In this document: in pieces, positions 13,221 to 26,885 of the stretch
Position numbering within the stretch: position 1 is the stretch's first letter
Layout: each line of letters starts with the position of its first letter
DNA from: Octopus vulgaris
Lineage: Eukaryota
DNA: 64,000 nt
Direction of reading: 5' to 3'
Assembly (NCBI GenBank): GCA_951406725.2
Contig: OX597821.1
Coordinates: forward strand, 5,270,001 to 5,334,000
Made by a program: the position numbers and the translations under genes
The notes under the pieces: generated by a model
The model's database searches: none
Told to the model about the DNA's origin: nothing
The model's input: only the letters and a program-made list of their open reading frames with translations

Positions 13221-14083
13221 CTAGCATTAAAGACCCGTCGTTGCCGGGTCATAGTGCTAGTGCATGTGTATATGTGTATATATATGTGTACATATTACAT
13301 GTACATCTATATATATACATCTACACATAAAATGCAAAATACAAAGTTATATCTTGATATTGCTAGCGATAACAATACTCAAAATATATTACAGACTGGA
13401 ACTGTTAGCTCTTCTTTTTTCACTACATTGTATACTTTATAGACAATAGTCTTTTCTTTAATTTAATTTTTTATTATCCATCTGGACTATTCCTTTTCTG
13501 CACGCTAATTTTATTTTTAATTTAATTCCCATTCACGTGAAACCATTTATTCAAGTTAAAATCATTGATGCAATTTTATACCAATTGCTATTTTTACTTT
13601 TGTTATGTTACGATTATATTATACTTTAGTTTAATTTTAATTATTACTTACTACATATAATTCAATTGTTATTATTATTTTTATTGTTAAAGTGAAAGCA
13701 TCTGATATAAAATAGAGAAATATTTTTGTTTCACTTTTAACATGTAATAGTGGAGAAGATATAATATTGCTATGGACTTGCTCTTGGCAAGAAGTTGAAC
13801 ATTTTTTTGCCCATGAAACTACATGGACCCTAAGTAAGGCATGTGTAAAATTTGAATGAAATTGGTTGTATAGTTCTCAAGTTTTAGGGAATCGTAGTGG
13901 AGAAGATATGTCATTGCTGTGGGCTCGCCCTAGGCAAAAAGTTAAAAGTTTTTGCCGATGACACTCCCTGGACCCTAGGTAAGGCATATGTAAAATTTGA
14001 ATGAAATTGGTTGTGTAGTTGTCAAGTTTTAGGGAAACACACAGACAGACATACACACATTCTCAGTTTTATATATATAAAGA
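13221..14083 (-). mobile_element. Non-autonomous Helitron
   Basis: On the minus strand: A|TC 5' end at 14083, 3' hairpin GACCCG-GCAACGA-CGGGTC shortly before CTAG|T at 13221, no TSD; internal ~147-bp tandem duplication (13748-14037). Confidence 0.8.
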
Positions 14084-14342
14084 TATATTACCAGGGCCTG
14101 TTCAAGATTTGGTGTTGCAAATATCCAGTGAGCTTATTAAAAAAAATTAATCGCGATAGAAACAGAATTAATACCAGTAGGCAATATTGACCTCAACGTA
14201 ACATGAATCTTGTATTAGAATACAGAATACTGCGTTGTATTCTAACACGAATAACGAACAGCAAATAAACCAGTAGCAGGCCGCGGGAATCTACTTCTCT
14301 ATTTTCCCGACAAAAGTAATGAATCTTTAGACTTGAGTATGG

Positions 14343-14493
14343 AGGTCTGTAATAACAGATACCTGCAGACAGTGTGCACGACTACAGCAGCAATGAATGA
14401 TATATATTCATTTATTTAGAACGGTGAATCTTGAAGCAGGTAGAGCAATAAATGGATGGAAAATTCTAATATTTACTCACGGGACAATTTTCG
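14343..14493 (+). repeat. Unclassified interspersed repeat, second copy at 24860-25006
   Basis: GGTCTGTAATAACAGATACCTGCA...GGTGAATCTTGAAGCAGGTAGAGCAATAAATGGATGG...GGGACAATTTTCG is near identical at both sites. Confidence 0.8.
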
Positions 14494-14686
14494 ACGATTT
14501 CTATGTATCGCTTGTGTTTCTTTGTGTTTTTTTTTATTTTTAAGCCAATATTTTTATGGCATTATTTATTGCAATATCTACTTCGTGGTACTCTTTACTA
14601 AAAAAGAAATATTTCACTTTCTCAAAGTTCCTAACTTTTTATGCTCAAATATTTATGATATTCACACACACACATTCACACACACG

Positions 14687-14834
<148 letters not shown>

Positions 14835-14868
14835 TGTGTGTATTTATGTGAATCTATATATAAATGTA

Positions 14869-14906
<38 letters not shown>

Positions 14907-15727
14907 TGGATAGATATAGATATATACACACGCACATATATATAGATATATATATACACACATAAATATCTGTAAATATGGGCACATCTTTATAGATTTA
15001 GATATACATATGCATCCAAATGTACAATGCATGTATACGTATATACGTAAATATTATTATATACATGCGTAAGAATATGTATGCATGTATGTATATATCT
15101 ATATACCTATATATATATATATACACATATACATACTTGCATATACGTATATATATATATATATATATATATGCATACATACGGTTATATAAAAAGGTAA
15201 AATATTTACCACTTATCTTAAGTTTTAATATTAATACTGTTTCTGTCGCTATATGTATGTGTGTGTGTTTGTGTGTATGTACATTTGGATACATTTTTAT
15301 ACTTATGCTTTTCGATAAATTCACGCTTGTATATAGAAATATGTTAATGCGTGTTTGTCAGTGTGTGTGTGTGTGTACATTTGGATATATTTGTATATTA
15401 TTCCTATCGATAAATTCCCTCTTATATATAGATATATGTCAATGTGAATTTGTGCGTGTGTATGAGTGTGTGTGCGTGCTTGTGTATGGATACGTATATG
15501 CGTGTGCACGTGCGTCCAAATACACATGTGCGAACATAGAAGACCAACACACGCGCACATATACGGATACATGCATCTACGAACTTGGCACTTAATATAT
15601 TTGTGCCAATCCAATTAAACATCCACAGTCAGTACTCTCCGTTTATTTCTTCGCTTCTCTCCCTCTTTTTTATATATACATATTTATGTACATGTATATA
15701 TAAACAAAAAGCTATACACGCATACAT

Positions 15728-15769
<42 letters not shown>

Positions 15770-15781
15770 TTGTGTGTGTGT

Positions 15782-15831
<50 letters not shown>

Positions 15832-16289
15832 ATGTATATGTATATATATATATCTAATATGACGTGCAACTTTTCATTTTTCAGTAGAATCAAACATGTC
15901 ACACACATACGGTTCATATACATTCTGTATATCAGGGTTCATCATTCCGTAAAACTACTCATGAATAAACTAATAGAAAATACTTTTTCCCCCCACACGC
16001 CAATGAACCGTTACCGTTATTCATCAGTCCACCAACTTATTTATACAGCAATATGGATCTGCAACCTCTATATTAACTTCAACTTGCTGTTTCTCTCTTT
16101 TCTAATGTAGCCTCGTTATTCTCCAATATAATTTATAAATATTATTTTATTGTATATGGTGTTTCATTGGTGTTTGTAATATTTTGCCTGCTGAGCAATC
16201 CAATGTCTTCTATGCGTTATCATATTGCCAATTTTCTTTCTCCCTTCTGACTATCTTTCACACACGCACACGAGCATATATATATATAT

Positions 16290-16460
16290 ATGGGAGGGGG
16301 GAGAATTCACGAAAAAAGAAACAAAATACGTAGATAGATGGTGTAGAAAACAAACAGATGTACTAGCATAACGCTCAAGAATTGAAGAAGTCTTTAACGT
16401 TTCGAGCCTACGCTCTTCCACAGAAAGGAACACAGAAAGAAACAAGGAGGAAAAAAATAT
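16290..16460 (-). mobile_element. PLE-type pLTR fragment with variant HHR (16392-16427); sisters at 23080-23206 and about 8200-8305
   Basis: CTTT-CTGTGGA-AGAGC-GTAG-GCTC-GAAA-CG-TT-AAAG (stems I and II pair; core A6 altered); lies between TA tracts. Confidence 0.6.
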
Positions 16461-16493
16461 GTGTAGTGGCTACCGATCTATCATGGCGACTGA

Positions 16494-16538
<45 letters not shown>

Positions 16539-16575
16539 CGGGAAGCTTTATGAAAATAAACAAAAGACGAAGGCA

Positions 16576-16653
<78 letters not shown>

Positions 16654-17045
16654 GCGTTTTTATATACGAAAGTAAAGACTCATACTACTTATATATAGAT
16701 ACATACACATACATATATGTATATACACTGGTACATACCTACTTCCATACATAAATCTAGTAGCGAATTATTGTTGTTATTTGTAATATTTGTAATATGT
16801 GTGTTGCATTATTATTTCTAGTATTTTTACTTGGTTCAAATACAAACTAAGTGAGGATTATGTGAGTCCGAATGTGTAAATCGTATTTTGACAGACAAAC
16901 CTATGTTATCGCGCCACGTCTTCCTCTAACTGGAATCAGGGGGTTTTTTTAAACTTAACAAGCAAGAATGGACTTCGGGGTTGTTTATCTCAGTATTGAT
17001 CAGTTGCAACTCAATCTGTATCATATAACTTTAAAAAATAAGCAC

Positions 17046-17317
17046 TCCGTCGGTTACGACGATGAGGGTTCCAACTGCTACGATCAATGGAACAGCTTGC
17101 TCGTGAAATTAACGTGCAAGTCGGTGAGCAATCCACAGACACGTGTAACCCTAACGTAGTTCTCAGGGCGGTGTCAGCTGGACATATTCTTTGTAAGCCT
17201 AGTACTTATTCTATCAGTACCTTTTTTCCGAACCGCTAAGTTACGTAAACACACCGACATCGGTTGTCAAGCGATGGTGGAGGGACAACCACAAACACAG
17301 ACCCACAAACACACACA

Positions 17318-17360
<43 letters not shown>

Positions 17361-17362
17361 GC

Positions 17363-17397
<35 letters not shown>

Positions 17398-17545
17398 ACG
17401 GATGTGTGTGTGTGTGTGTCCGTCTACCAAATCCACTCACAAAGCTTTGGTCGACCCGAGTCTATAGCAGAAGACACTTGCCCAAGATGCCAGAACCTTG
17501 TGGCTGGTAAGCAAGCTACTCACCACACAGTTACTCCTGCGCCTA
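17046..17545 (-). mobile_element. SINE family C 3' fragment (17046-17168) joined to SINE family B (about 17185-17545)
   Basis: Direct similarity to 43035-43160 and to the reverse complement of 56361-56660. Confidence 0.75.
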
Positions 17546-17582
17546 TAAATGTATATCTATCATTAATCAGTTTTATTCCAAG

Positions 17583-17820
17583 ATTTCTTGTCAATACAGT
17601 AAGAGCCGGTTTCTAACCTAGATCCAAGGCTCCTTCTTTGGAATTTCCGCATCAACAACATGGTAAGTATATAAGTGTGTGTGTGTATATGTATGTATGT
17701 CGTTTTGTATACGTACATATCAGGTATGTTATGTTTTTTGCATATCTTGTCATGCATATACTTGCAAATCTAGACATGCTCATATATATTTAAATGGTAA
17801 AGTTCTGGAAAGTTTTACAG
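17583..17820 (-). mobile_element. 3' end of RLE-type LINE (sister of 22085-22740)
   Basis: Shares GCCGGTTTCTAACCTAGAT.CAAGG.TCCTTC..TGGAATTTC and TCTAGACATG..C.TATATATTTAAATG with the 22-kb copy. Confidence 0.7.
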
Positions 17821-17897
17821 AAGTATAGATAGACACATAAATCTAAGTAGATAAATAGATAGAGAGACGAGTGAGATAGATAGATAGATAGATAGAG

Positions 17898-17970
<73 letters not shown>

Positions 17971-17982
17971 TATAGATAGATA

Positions 17983-18702
17983 TGTTTCTTTATTAACCAC
18001 ACAAGGCTGCACACAGACGGGACAGATTACAAAGTACATCTTTTCTTTTTGGGGGAAAGAAAAAAAAGAAAAGAAAAAGGTGGGGTAGGTTTTCGATCAA
18101 AAGGGATCGTAAAAGGGAAAGAAGAAAAAAGAAAAAAAGAAAAAAGAAAAAAGGAAAAAGGAAAAAAGGAGACAAAAGAAAAAACCATCAATAGGAATCG
18201 TGTATCACAGTGTCGTGATGTAAGGTGTAAAGAGGGAAGCACATAAGGTTTATCCGTGAGAAGAAAAGCTTACGGAAAAGACCACGATAACCTCGGTCAA
18301 TATTGTTACATGTTACCACATTTGTTTGCAAGTAGGTAAACCTCTGTTTTAAATTTCCGGGTTCATAGGATTATACTCAAGGTGGCTTCGTCATTCATAC
18401 GTGCCATCCTTGCTACATTCACCCATCTTTTTTTAAAACATTCGCTAGACAAAACTGTGCCTCTCTACTCTCACTTTCCTTTTCAAGTGATACTTGAAAA
18501 AGTTGATGAGAGATTGACCAGAGAGGAAAGTGTTTGTCTCCAATCCTTTCAGATGCATCCACCAGATACATTCTTTCGCCATAGCTACACGGATGATGAA
18601 AATAGCTCTTTCTTCCCGTTTGAAGGAAGGAGACGTGACAATATTGACGATAGACTCGACTGATAAACCGACTCGTCGCATACGTGACAGCAGTTGTTCG
18701 AC
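17983..18702 (-). mobile_element. 5'-truncated Tx1/L1-type LINE in (GATA)n
   Basis: Collinear with 31935-32600; encodes the ORF2 C-terminus (AKECIWW...FFKYHLKRKVRVER); GATA arrays on both sides. Confidence 0.9.
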
Positions 18703-18796
<94 letters not shown>

Positions 18797-19489
18797 CGTG
18801 ATTAAAGCGGTAGGTACATATCTAAATAATAAAACATGAATAGACATGAAACAGACAGATAGATGAGTAGACAAAACTTTTAGTTGTACGTCCAGGTACA
18901 AATATTAACATATATTCAGTTAGTGTTATGACTAGTAGTTTAAAATGACTATCGGACTTAAGACCACTCCCTGGTCATTAGAACCCTAAACAATTAACCT
19001 TGTCCTTCGCTCTCAGAGTTCCAATCTAGCAGCTATATCTATCCACTGTATTGCTATGATATTAAAAGTCAAAATATTCATTGGCTAACGTAACCCTGGA
19101 TGTATCTTTCCTCAATACAGACATGTTGCAATTATAGAAACATCTATTCAATCAATGCTTGTCATGAGATACACAACACGGAACGCGAAAAACAACCCCT
19201 AATTATTCAGTTCCCTTAACATATTTCATTCTATTTCATTTATACGAGATTCACGCCCCCCCCCACTTCTTTTTTTTTCCTGCATATATTAACAATATTC
19301 TAATTAGAGACTGAAGTTTATTAATCTTCATAGACATAGGTGACACTCAAAGGTCTTAGATTTTGCTCAAATCTCTTCTTTGATTAACATAATAAAATCT
19401 ATTCAACTGTAATCCTAGATATAGAATTATGAATTAGATATGCTGCGATCGTATATTCTACGATGGAGAGATCTACTCTAAATATTAGT

Positions 19490-19695
19490 TTCTAATTTTG
19501 GAACAAAGCAAGTAATTTCAGAGAAGGGGTAGTTCGATTACATCGACTCCCATCGCTCATCCAGGACTTAGTTTATCAACCCCGAAACAATTTTAAGCAA
19601 AGTCGACCTCGGTGATATTTGAACTCAGAACGTTAAAACGGACGAAATGCCGCTAAGCATTTTACCCGGCGTGCTTGTGATTTCTGTCAGCTCTA
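19490..19695 (-). mobile_element. SINE family A
   Basis: GCAAAGTCGACCTCGG..ATTTGAACTCAGAACG...GCTAAGCATTT.CCCGGCG. Confidence 0.75.
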
Positions 19696-19883
19696 ATTTA
19701 ATAATTAGAGCCTTACAAGCACTAATGATTAAACTCTAATTATTGTTCCTTAAATGAATCCAGGACTCAGTCTTATACCATTCAATCTCATGTAACGGCT
19801 CATTAAAATCTATACATTGCACCAAACACAATCTCCCCCTCTCGCCTGTTTTCTCTTTCCTCCAATCTCTCTCTGTCTATCTA

Positions 19884-19931
<48 letters not shown>

Positions 19932-20229
19932 CCTGTGTCTCTTTCTGCTTCTCCCTTTTCCACACTCTCGCAACAGAAAATATTGCTAAGTGGGTTCAAA
20001 TTTAAACCATCTCATGAAAGTTGAATAATATCTATGGTTGCAGGAATGAATAGCGTCAGAAAACTTCCTTAAAACAGTGGAATTAAATATGCGAAGAATA
20101 ATGTATGGTCCTTTTATACATGGAATTCAATCGGGCATGTAATAACATGGTTCCATTGCCTCCCGAGTAAGCAAAATATTCGTTTTATTCAATTTGACAT
20201 TTCGAACTATTATGCCACTATCTCCCCAA

Positions 20230-20490
20230 AGCTATATTAGAAAACACTTGCCCAAGGTGCCACCCAGTGGGACTGAGCCCGGAATCATGTGGTTGAGAAG
20301 CAAGCTTTTTACCACACAGCCGCAACGGACTTCTTTTAGTTTCCGTCTAGTAAATCCACTCAAAAGACTTTGGGCGGCTGTCTAAGTCTATAGTAGAAAA
20401 AACATACCCAATATGCCATGCAGTTGGACTGAACCCAATACCTTATGCCCGGAAAGCAAACTTCCTACCACACAGCTTTTCCTGCGCCTA
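20230..20490 (-). mobile_element. SINE family B head fragments (two partial)
   Basis: CACTTGCCCAAGGTGCCAC.CAGTGGGACTGA and ACCACACAGC motifs, present twice. Confidence 0.65.
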
Positions 20491-20618
20491 TTGTCAGTCG
20501 AAACAATTTTATTTGTCTTTGAGAGATACAAACGCAATCGCTATTCTCAATTTTTTATACAAAAGACATTAGACTCACCAATAAGGAGTGATTACAAAAT
20601 ACATAGTTATTAATCCAA

Positions 20619-20665
<47 letters not shown>

Positions 20666-20779
20666 CCTTGTCTGATTTTCACGTTTTATTTACAATCTTA
20701 TAATGATATATTATAAGATAATATATTATAATTGAATAAAATAAAATGAAATAGTAGAATGTTAAATATTCATTCTGAT

Positions 20780-20824
20780 TGAACTAGTACTTTCATGCAT
20801 TGAATTCTGCAATCTTCGGGTTCA
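20780..20824 (-). ncRNA. Minimal type I hammerhead ribozyme motif (left-arm copy)
   Basis: Exact reverse complement of 21354-21398. Confidence 0.7.
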
Positions 20825-21353
20825 TGTAGTAGTGTTGACAGTCATGTTCACAATTTTTGACTGTAGCAAGATGAGTGATTCTGTGCTATAAATACAGCTG
20901 GGTAGGCTCCAGAGTGCTAGGTTTTGCAAACTGTATTCTGACCAATCAGTGTGTAGTATCACTCAATTACTTAAGCTGATTGGTTGGTTGAGCTGATTGG
21001 TTTAGGCATCACGCTTTGTTGGACAGGTCAAGAGTCCCAGAGGTCCGTCAGATACCTTTGAGTAACCACCTAGCAACATGTGGTCGGAAAATATTAAAAA
21101 TAACCCAACAATTGCTGCTTCGGCCAGGGTCAAGATACAGGACTCTTGACCTGTCCAACAAAGCGTGATGCCTAAACCAATCAGCTCAACCAACCAATCA
21201 GCTTAAGTAATTGAGTGATACTACACACTGATTGGTCAGAATACAGTTTGCAAAACCTAGCACTCTGGAGCCTACCCAGCTGTATTTATAGCACAGAATC
21301 ACTCATCTTGCTACAGTCAAAAATTGTGAAGCATGACTGTCAACACTACTACA

Positions 21354-21398
21354 TGAACCCGAAGATTGCAGAATTCAATGCATGAAAGTACTAGTTCA
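21354..21398 (+). ncRNA. Minimal type I hammerhead ribozyme motif (U4C variant)
   Basis: TGAAC-CCGAAGA-TTGCA-GAATTCAA-TGCAT-GAAA-GTAC-TA-GTTCA: 5-bp stem I, stem II, palindromic AGTACT in place of stem III. Confidence 0.7.
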
Positions 21399-21560
21399 AT
21401 CAGAATGAATATTTAACATTCTACTATTTCATTTTATTTTATTCAATTATAATATATTATCTTATAATATATCATTATAAGATTGTAAATAAAACGTGAA
21501 AATCAGACAAGGTTGGAATTCTTTTTATTAATATATTCTTCTATACACAATCACACACAC

Positions 21561-21601
<41 letters not shown>

Positions 21602-22024
21602 TATATACCAGGAGGCTAAGAAACGTAAGTTTTCAGTTCTCGTTCCCAATTGACGTCGACAAAGATGGTCACCACCACCAATACCAGCAACCTTATGACC
21701 ACCACCACCGATAACAAAAGTACTATCCCCACCACTTCCAGCTTCCGCATGATTTCCATTGGCCATGCTCATAAATCAAACAGTCTACCGCACTAAATTA
21801 TTCAACCAGTTCTATGTGTGTTTAGAAGTTTCTCTTTTCTGCTTACCAGCTACTTACTTCCCTCCGTAGACTTGGCCTCATTAATTAGTGATCAACTGAA
21901 ATACAGAACTGCTGAAGACGCGTCGTGGCTTTTAAGTTTGTTTACGTTGACGAAGTTGTGTTAGGATTCTGTGTTCCGCTGTGTTTGGGTCTATGTGCTT
22001 GTATCTACATACACGTGTGTTGGG

Positions 22025-22060
<36 letters not shown>

Positions 22061-22084
22061 TATATATACATGTATGTTTGTCTG

Positions 22085-22740
22085 ATTTCTTGTTAATACC
22101 AAAATAGCCGGTTTCTAACCTAGATTCAAGGTTCCTTCGTTGGAATTTCAACAACAACAGGGTATATTTCTATGTATGTATGCATGTATGTATGTATCTA
22201 TGTATACGTACAGATCAGATATGTTTTGTATTATGTATGTCTTCTCATGCATATACTTCCATATCTAGACATGTTCGTATATATTTAAATGATAAACTTC
22301 TGAGATTTTACAAATTTTTACAGCTCCGGGGATGGCTTGGATCTGTAGTCTTCGTTTCAGTTTTCTTTCTGGTTTTGAGTAGCTTAATTTCTCAAGATTG
22401 CTATTTAGGCAATGTGCTACATATCCGAGTGCCCCAAAGATTGCAGGTATAAAGCAAAAGTGTAATCTGGACGGAGTAGCTGAAGCGTAGGTATTCTCTT
22501 TATGGCTAACGTTCGCAGGGCAGATGGTTTCCACAACTATACACAGTTTCTGTTCTCTATTCCAAATCATCATTTCAGGTCTGAGGTATTTACATTTTAT
22601 TGAGGTTTTCCCTGGGACATTCCAGCAGTACTCCTTTTTATTTTGAGTGACTATGGATCCCACTGTATGTATGTATCTTTGGTAAACGGAAAACGGAGCT
22701 CAAACATGAGTATGCATATATATATTGTATTGAATCAGCA
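22085..22740 (-). pseudogene. 3' part of RLE-type (R4/Dong/NeSL-like) non-LTR retrotransposon
   Basis: ORF 22265-22663 reads EYCWNVP.KT..KC.YLRPEMMIW...CIVVETICP...PAIFGALG...LQIQAI.GAVKICK, a degenerate restriction-like endonuclease (RPD...E..CP, GALG), followed by a 3' UTR. Confidence 0.75.
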
Positions 22741-22794
22741 GAAGTTACTACAAAGTGACACAAGTATCAGGAGTCTCCCCCACTGGCATGTGTG

Positions 22795-22957
22795 TAGGCG
22801 TGGCTGTGTGGTAAGACGCTTGCTTTCTAACGACATGGTTCGGGGTCCAGTCCCGCTGTGTGGCACCTTGTCCAATTGACTTCTACTATACCCTCGGGCC
22901 GACAAAGCCTTATGTATGAATTTGGTAGCCAGAAACTTAAAGAAGACTGTCGTATAC

Positions 22958-23022
<65 letters not shown>

Positions 23023-23209
23023 TATATACATATATATACATATATACATATATATGTATATATACACATATATAGAGAGAGAGTGGGGATTCACAAAAAG
23101 ACAAAAGATGAAGACAGGTGGTGTAGACAACAAACAGAGGTATTAATATAACGCTAGGGAGGTAAAGAAGTCTTTAAGGTTTCGAGCCTACGCTCTTCCA
23201 CAGAAACTA

Positions 23210-23255
<46 letters not shown>

Positions 23256-23262
23256 ATATATA

Positions 23263-23316
<54 letters not shown>

Positions 23317-23530
23317 TGTGCATGTGTGTGTGTGTGTTTGTCCCCCACCATCGCTTGACAACCGATTCTGGTGTCCTTATATGCCTGTAACTTAGCAGTT
23401 CGTCAAAATAGACCGGTAGAATAAGTACTAGGCTTACAAAGAATGCATCTTGAAGTCAATTTCTTTGACTAAAACGCTTTAAGGCAGTGCTCCAACAAGG
23501 CCGCAGTCAAAAAAGAATAAAAGGTTAAAA
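22795..23530 (+). mobile_element. SINE family B with a pLTR/HHR fragment nested in its internal (TA)n
   Basis: Head 22795-22952, TA tract, insert 23080-23206, TA tract, SINE 3' half 23335-23530. Confidence 0.8.
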
Positions 23531-23909
23531 GATTAAAAGAACACAAATATGTATATGATTTTCTGTGTAGATGGAGGCAGACAGACAGAGATAGGGAGAG
23601 GGAGAAATCACTCGTTGACGAATTCTTAAACTGCAAAAACTGCCGGTACCATTGACCCTGCTCTCACGCGTGTGTATGTGTCTGCTAGTGTCATATTATG
23701 ATGTGAAACTATATATATGAATAAATTGAAATAAATTGAAGAAGGAATAGATAATTAAATAACAATATAATTTGAAAATTACGTAATTAAATATGTAATT
23801 CAGTAGATAGCCAGTTGCCTAATTAAGTGTATATTTAATTAATTATTGGAATATATAATATCGGTTATTAATTGGCACACAACTGACACACAGGAATATT
23901 TTGGCGAGG

Positions 23910-24059
23910 GGCCGTGATAAGTGGTATGCTTCCCGCCATATTTCCCAGTTCAACTCTACTGTGTGGCACATTGTGCCAGTGCCGTCTTCTATAGCCTCAA
24001 ACCAACCAAAGCCTTATGAGTAGATTTTGTATACGGAAACTAAAAGAAACCCATATGTA

Positions 24060-24094
<35 letters not shown>

Positions 24095-24275
24095 CGTCTA
24101 TACTTGTGTCTTTCTGACATGTGTTGGTTTGTTTATATCCCCGTTACTTAGTGCTTCGGCAAAAGTGGTCCATGGAATAAGTACAAGACTAATAAAACTG
24201 TGATTGGTGTTCGACAAAAATTCCTCAGGATGGTGCCCCAGGATGTCTGCATCTAATAGCTGAAACAAGTGAAAG
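23910..24275 (+). mobile_element. Degenerate SINE family B
   Basis: Collinear with 56361-56775; further degenerate copies near 9640-9790, 29900-30295, 46815-46995, 47835-47990, 58880-59480 and 59860-60180. Confidence 0.65.
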
Positions 24276-24330
24276 ATACACATATATGTGTGTGTGTGTG
24301 TGTAGGTGTGTGTGTTTGCATGTGTGTGTG

Positions 24331-24376
<46 letters not shown>

Positions 24377-25266
24377 CGCGCGCGTGTTGGTGTGTCACTA
24401 CTAGACAATAGCAACAAAAAAATATGCCAAATAGTGAAAAGTGAATAGAAAAGCATGCAGCAATTTGGCATAGACCTCTGTAAGAAACACACTTCCTGAT
24501 GACCACTAGCCCCACCCCACCCCCTTGCGAAGCCAGAAGTGCAGGACTCGTATATATCGAGAAAACCTGACCCCTATGTTTTCGATATCCATGTAGGAGC
24601 AAGATAGAAAATATTTCATGAACAAATGAATGTGTGAACCGTTAGAATCACCAGATGCAAGTATCGCTCATGCCACCATTACGTACTGGACATACGTGGT
24701 GCTTTTAGAGAAACACAAGCAACGTGGGCAAAAATCATTTCGGTAGGTGGCGACGCCAACATGCCTGCGCATGCGTACTCTTGGCTGCTACAGCTAGAGT
24801 ACAGATGTGTAGTGCCCGCTTGTCGGATTTTCGTTTTCACCGAACGCATCGAGCGTGGTGGTCTGTAATAACAGATACCTGCAAAGAGTGTGCACGACTA
24901 CAGCGGCAATGAATGATATATATTATTTTAAGAACGGTGAATCTTGAAGCAGGTAGAGCAATAAATGGATGGAAAAATCTAATATTTACTCATGGGACAA
25001 TTTTCGGAGTTGATAAAATAAGTACTAGATGAGCGATGGAAGTCGATGTAATCGAATTACCCCTTCCCTGAATTTGTTTGCTTAGTGCCAAAATTAGAGA
25101 CTAATATCTAGAGTAGATCACTGTGTCTCAGAGCTAATATTGCATCACGTTTTGTCAAAAGCTTACTGACACTCAAGATCAAATCATCGAGATGGTTCAG
25201 CAGGCTTTTGGCGACAGGCTTTCAGCTTCAGTTGTGCGTGAAACCCTGGATTACACGCACAAACAC

Positions 25267-25319
<53 letters not shown>

Positions 25320-25328
25320 TATATATAT

Positions 25329-25443
<115 letters not shown>

Positions 25444-25520
25444 CATGTACACATACACACGCACACGCAGATATGAGCAAAGGGAATATTGGTGAAACAT
25501 TGCCACCAAAACTTCTACTA

Positions 25521-25672
25521 TAGGCGCAGGAGTGGCTGTGTGGTAAGTAGCTTTCTTACCAACCACATGGTCCTGGGTTCAGTCCCACTGCATGACACCT
25601 TGGGCAAGTGTCTTGTAAGTGAATTTGGTAGTCAGAAACTGAAAGAAGCCCGTTGTATATATGAATAAATAA

Positions 25673-25732
<60 letters not shown>

Positions 25733-25945
25733 GTTTGTGCGTCTGTGTTTGTCGCCCCCAACATCGCTTGACAACCGATGCTGGTGTGTTTATATCCCCG
25801 TAACTTAGCGGTTCGGCATAAGAGACCGATAGAATATGTACAAGGCTTACAAAGAATAAGCTCTGGGGTCAATTTGCTCGACTCTAAAGGCGGTGCTCCA
25901 GCATGGCCGCAGTCAAATGACTGAAACAAGTAAAAGAGTAAGAAA
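25521..25945 (+). mobile_element. SINE family B
   Basis: TAGGCGCAGGAGTGGCTGTGTGGTAAG head, GGGTTCAGTCCC B-box, internal microsatellite, GGCGGTGCTCCAGCATGGCCGCAGTC tail. Confidence 0.9.
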
Positions 25946-26885
25946 GTAAGTGCAAATGTATGAGATCAATCATAGTTATTTGAGACAAATGAGAAAAGTC
26001 GCCTAGGGTCAAGGGGATGAGTTGCCCAGTTATGTGAACATCTCTTCAAAAATCAACAAAAGTAGACATTTTGGATATCTGCTTCAAAGCCTGCAGATCA
26101 TGCTGCATATAGTTTAGTTTGTAGAAGTCTAAATCACAATTTGTAGAAGTTAAGCTTTTTTAAGGAAGCGACTCGCTAACCCGAAATTTTCGCGTGTAAT
26201 CTGCAACTGGAGCAGTAAAAATTATGCAAGACTTTCTTAACAATGGATATATAACACTCATGTCGTTATTCAAACTCCAATGACAAAGCATGTGTTTCTT
26301 AGTTTGAAAGCAGTTGCCTCATTCTTGAAAGAATACAAATAAATATAAAGAAAAAGACGCAAGATATTTCGAAGTTTTTCCAAATTATTTCATCTCGTTA
26401 CTGCTGTTGTTTAATTCAGGTCAACGATACGGAAGTAGACCTTGATCAAGTGTTATGTAGATGTTGTTAAGTTTTATATAGAAATTGCTAAGTTAGCGGT
26501 AAAGATACAGATCGTCTGTGTTTCAGCCCTCTTCTTCCCTGGCTTAAAGTGACCAAACCCAAATGAATATACTGCAGTAGAAAATAATCTTAATCAAACA
26601 GACATACTAGTGCTTGGGTAACAAGAAAACCTAAGACTCATTGAGAGAGCTTGTTGAAAACAATATAGATGAGCGAAATGATATTTGATGAAGGACATGT
26701 CAGATTTTATTCTTTCACACATAATTTCATTCGAACTACATCATCCAAGGTGAAATTCATTAAAAAGTAGGTACAATGTGACTTCATAATGACTAGGTTA
26801 GTAGTTGATATTTTTAGCAGAAATTCCAACCACGAAGAGGTTTTCTAAAAATAGTTCTTGTTTCTATGTTTAAAATCCTTTAAAG

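Larger units (their letters stand above)
20664..21514. mobile_element. Near-perfect 375-bp inverted repeat with 102-bp spacer (young PLE-type inverted pLTR pair)
   Basis: Arms 20664-21037 and 21140-21514; only one 1-nt indel seen by eye; each arm carries CCAAT boxes, TATTTATA, an HHR and AATAAA; left arm abuts (TA)n. Confidence 0.9.

Noticed and set aside
21551-21772. Gly-rich ORF MSMANGNHAEAGSGG.. as a host exon, and a nearby 38-nt AG/GT-bounded segment
   Set aside because: No recognisable domain; the ORF runs into (TA)n; the small segment has stops in all three frames. RNA-seq would be needed.
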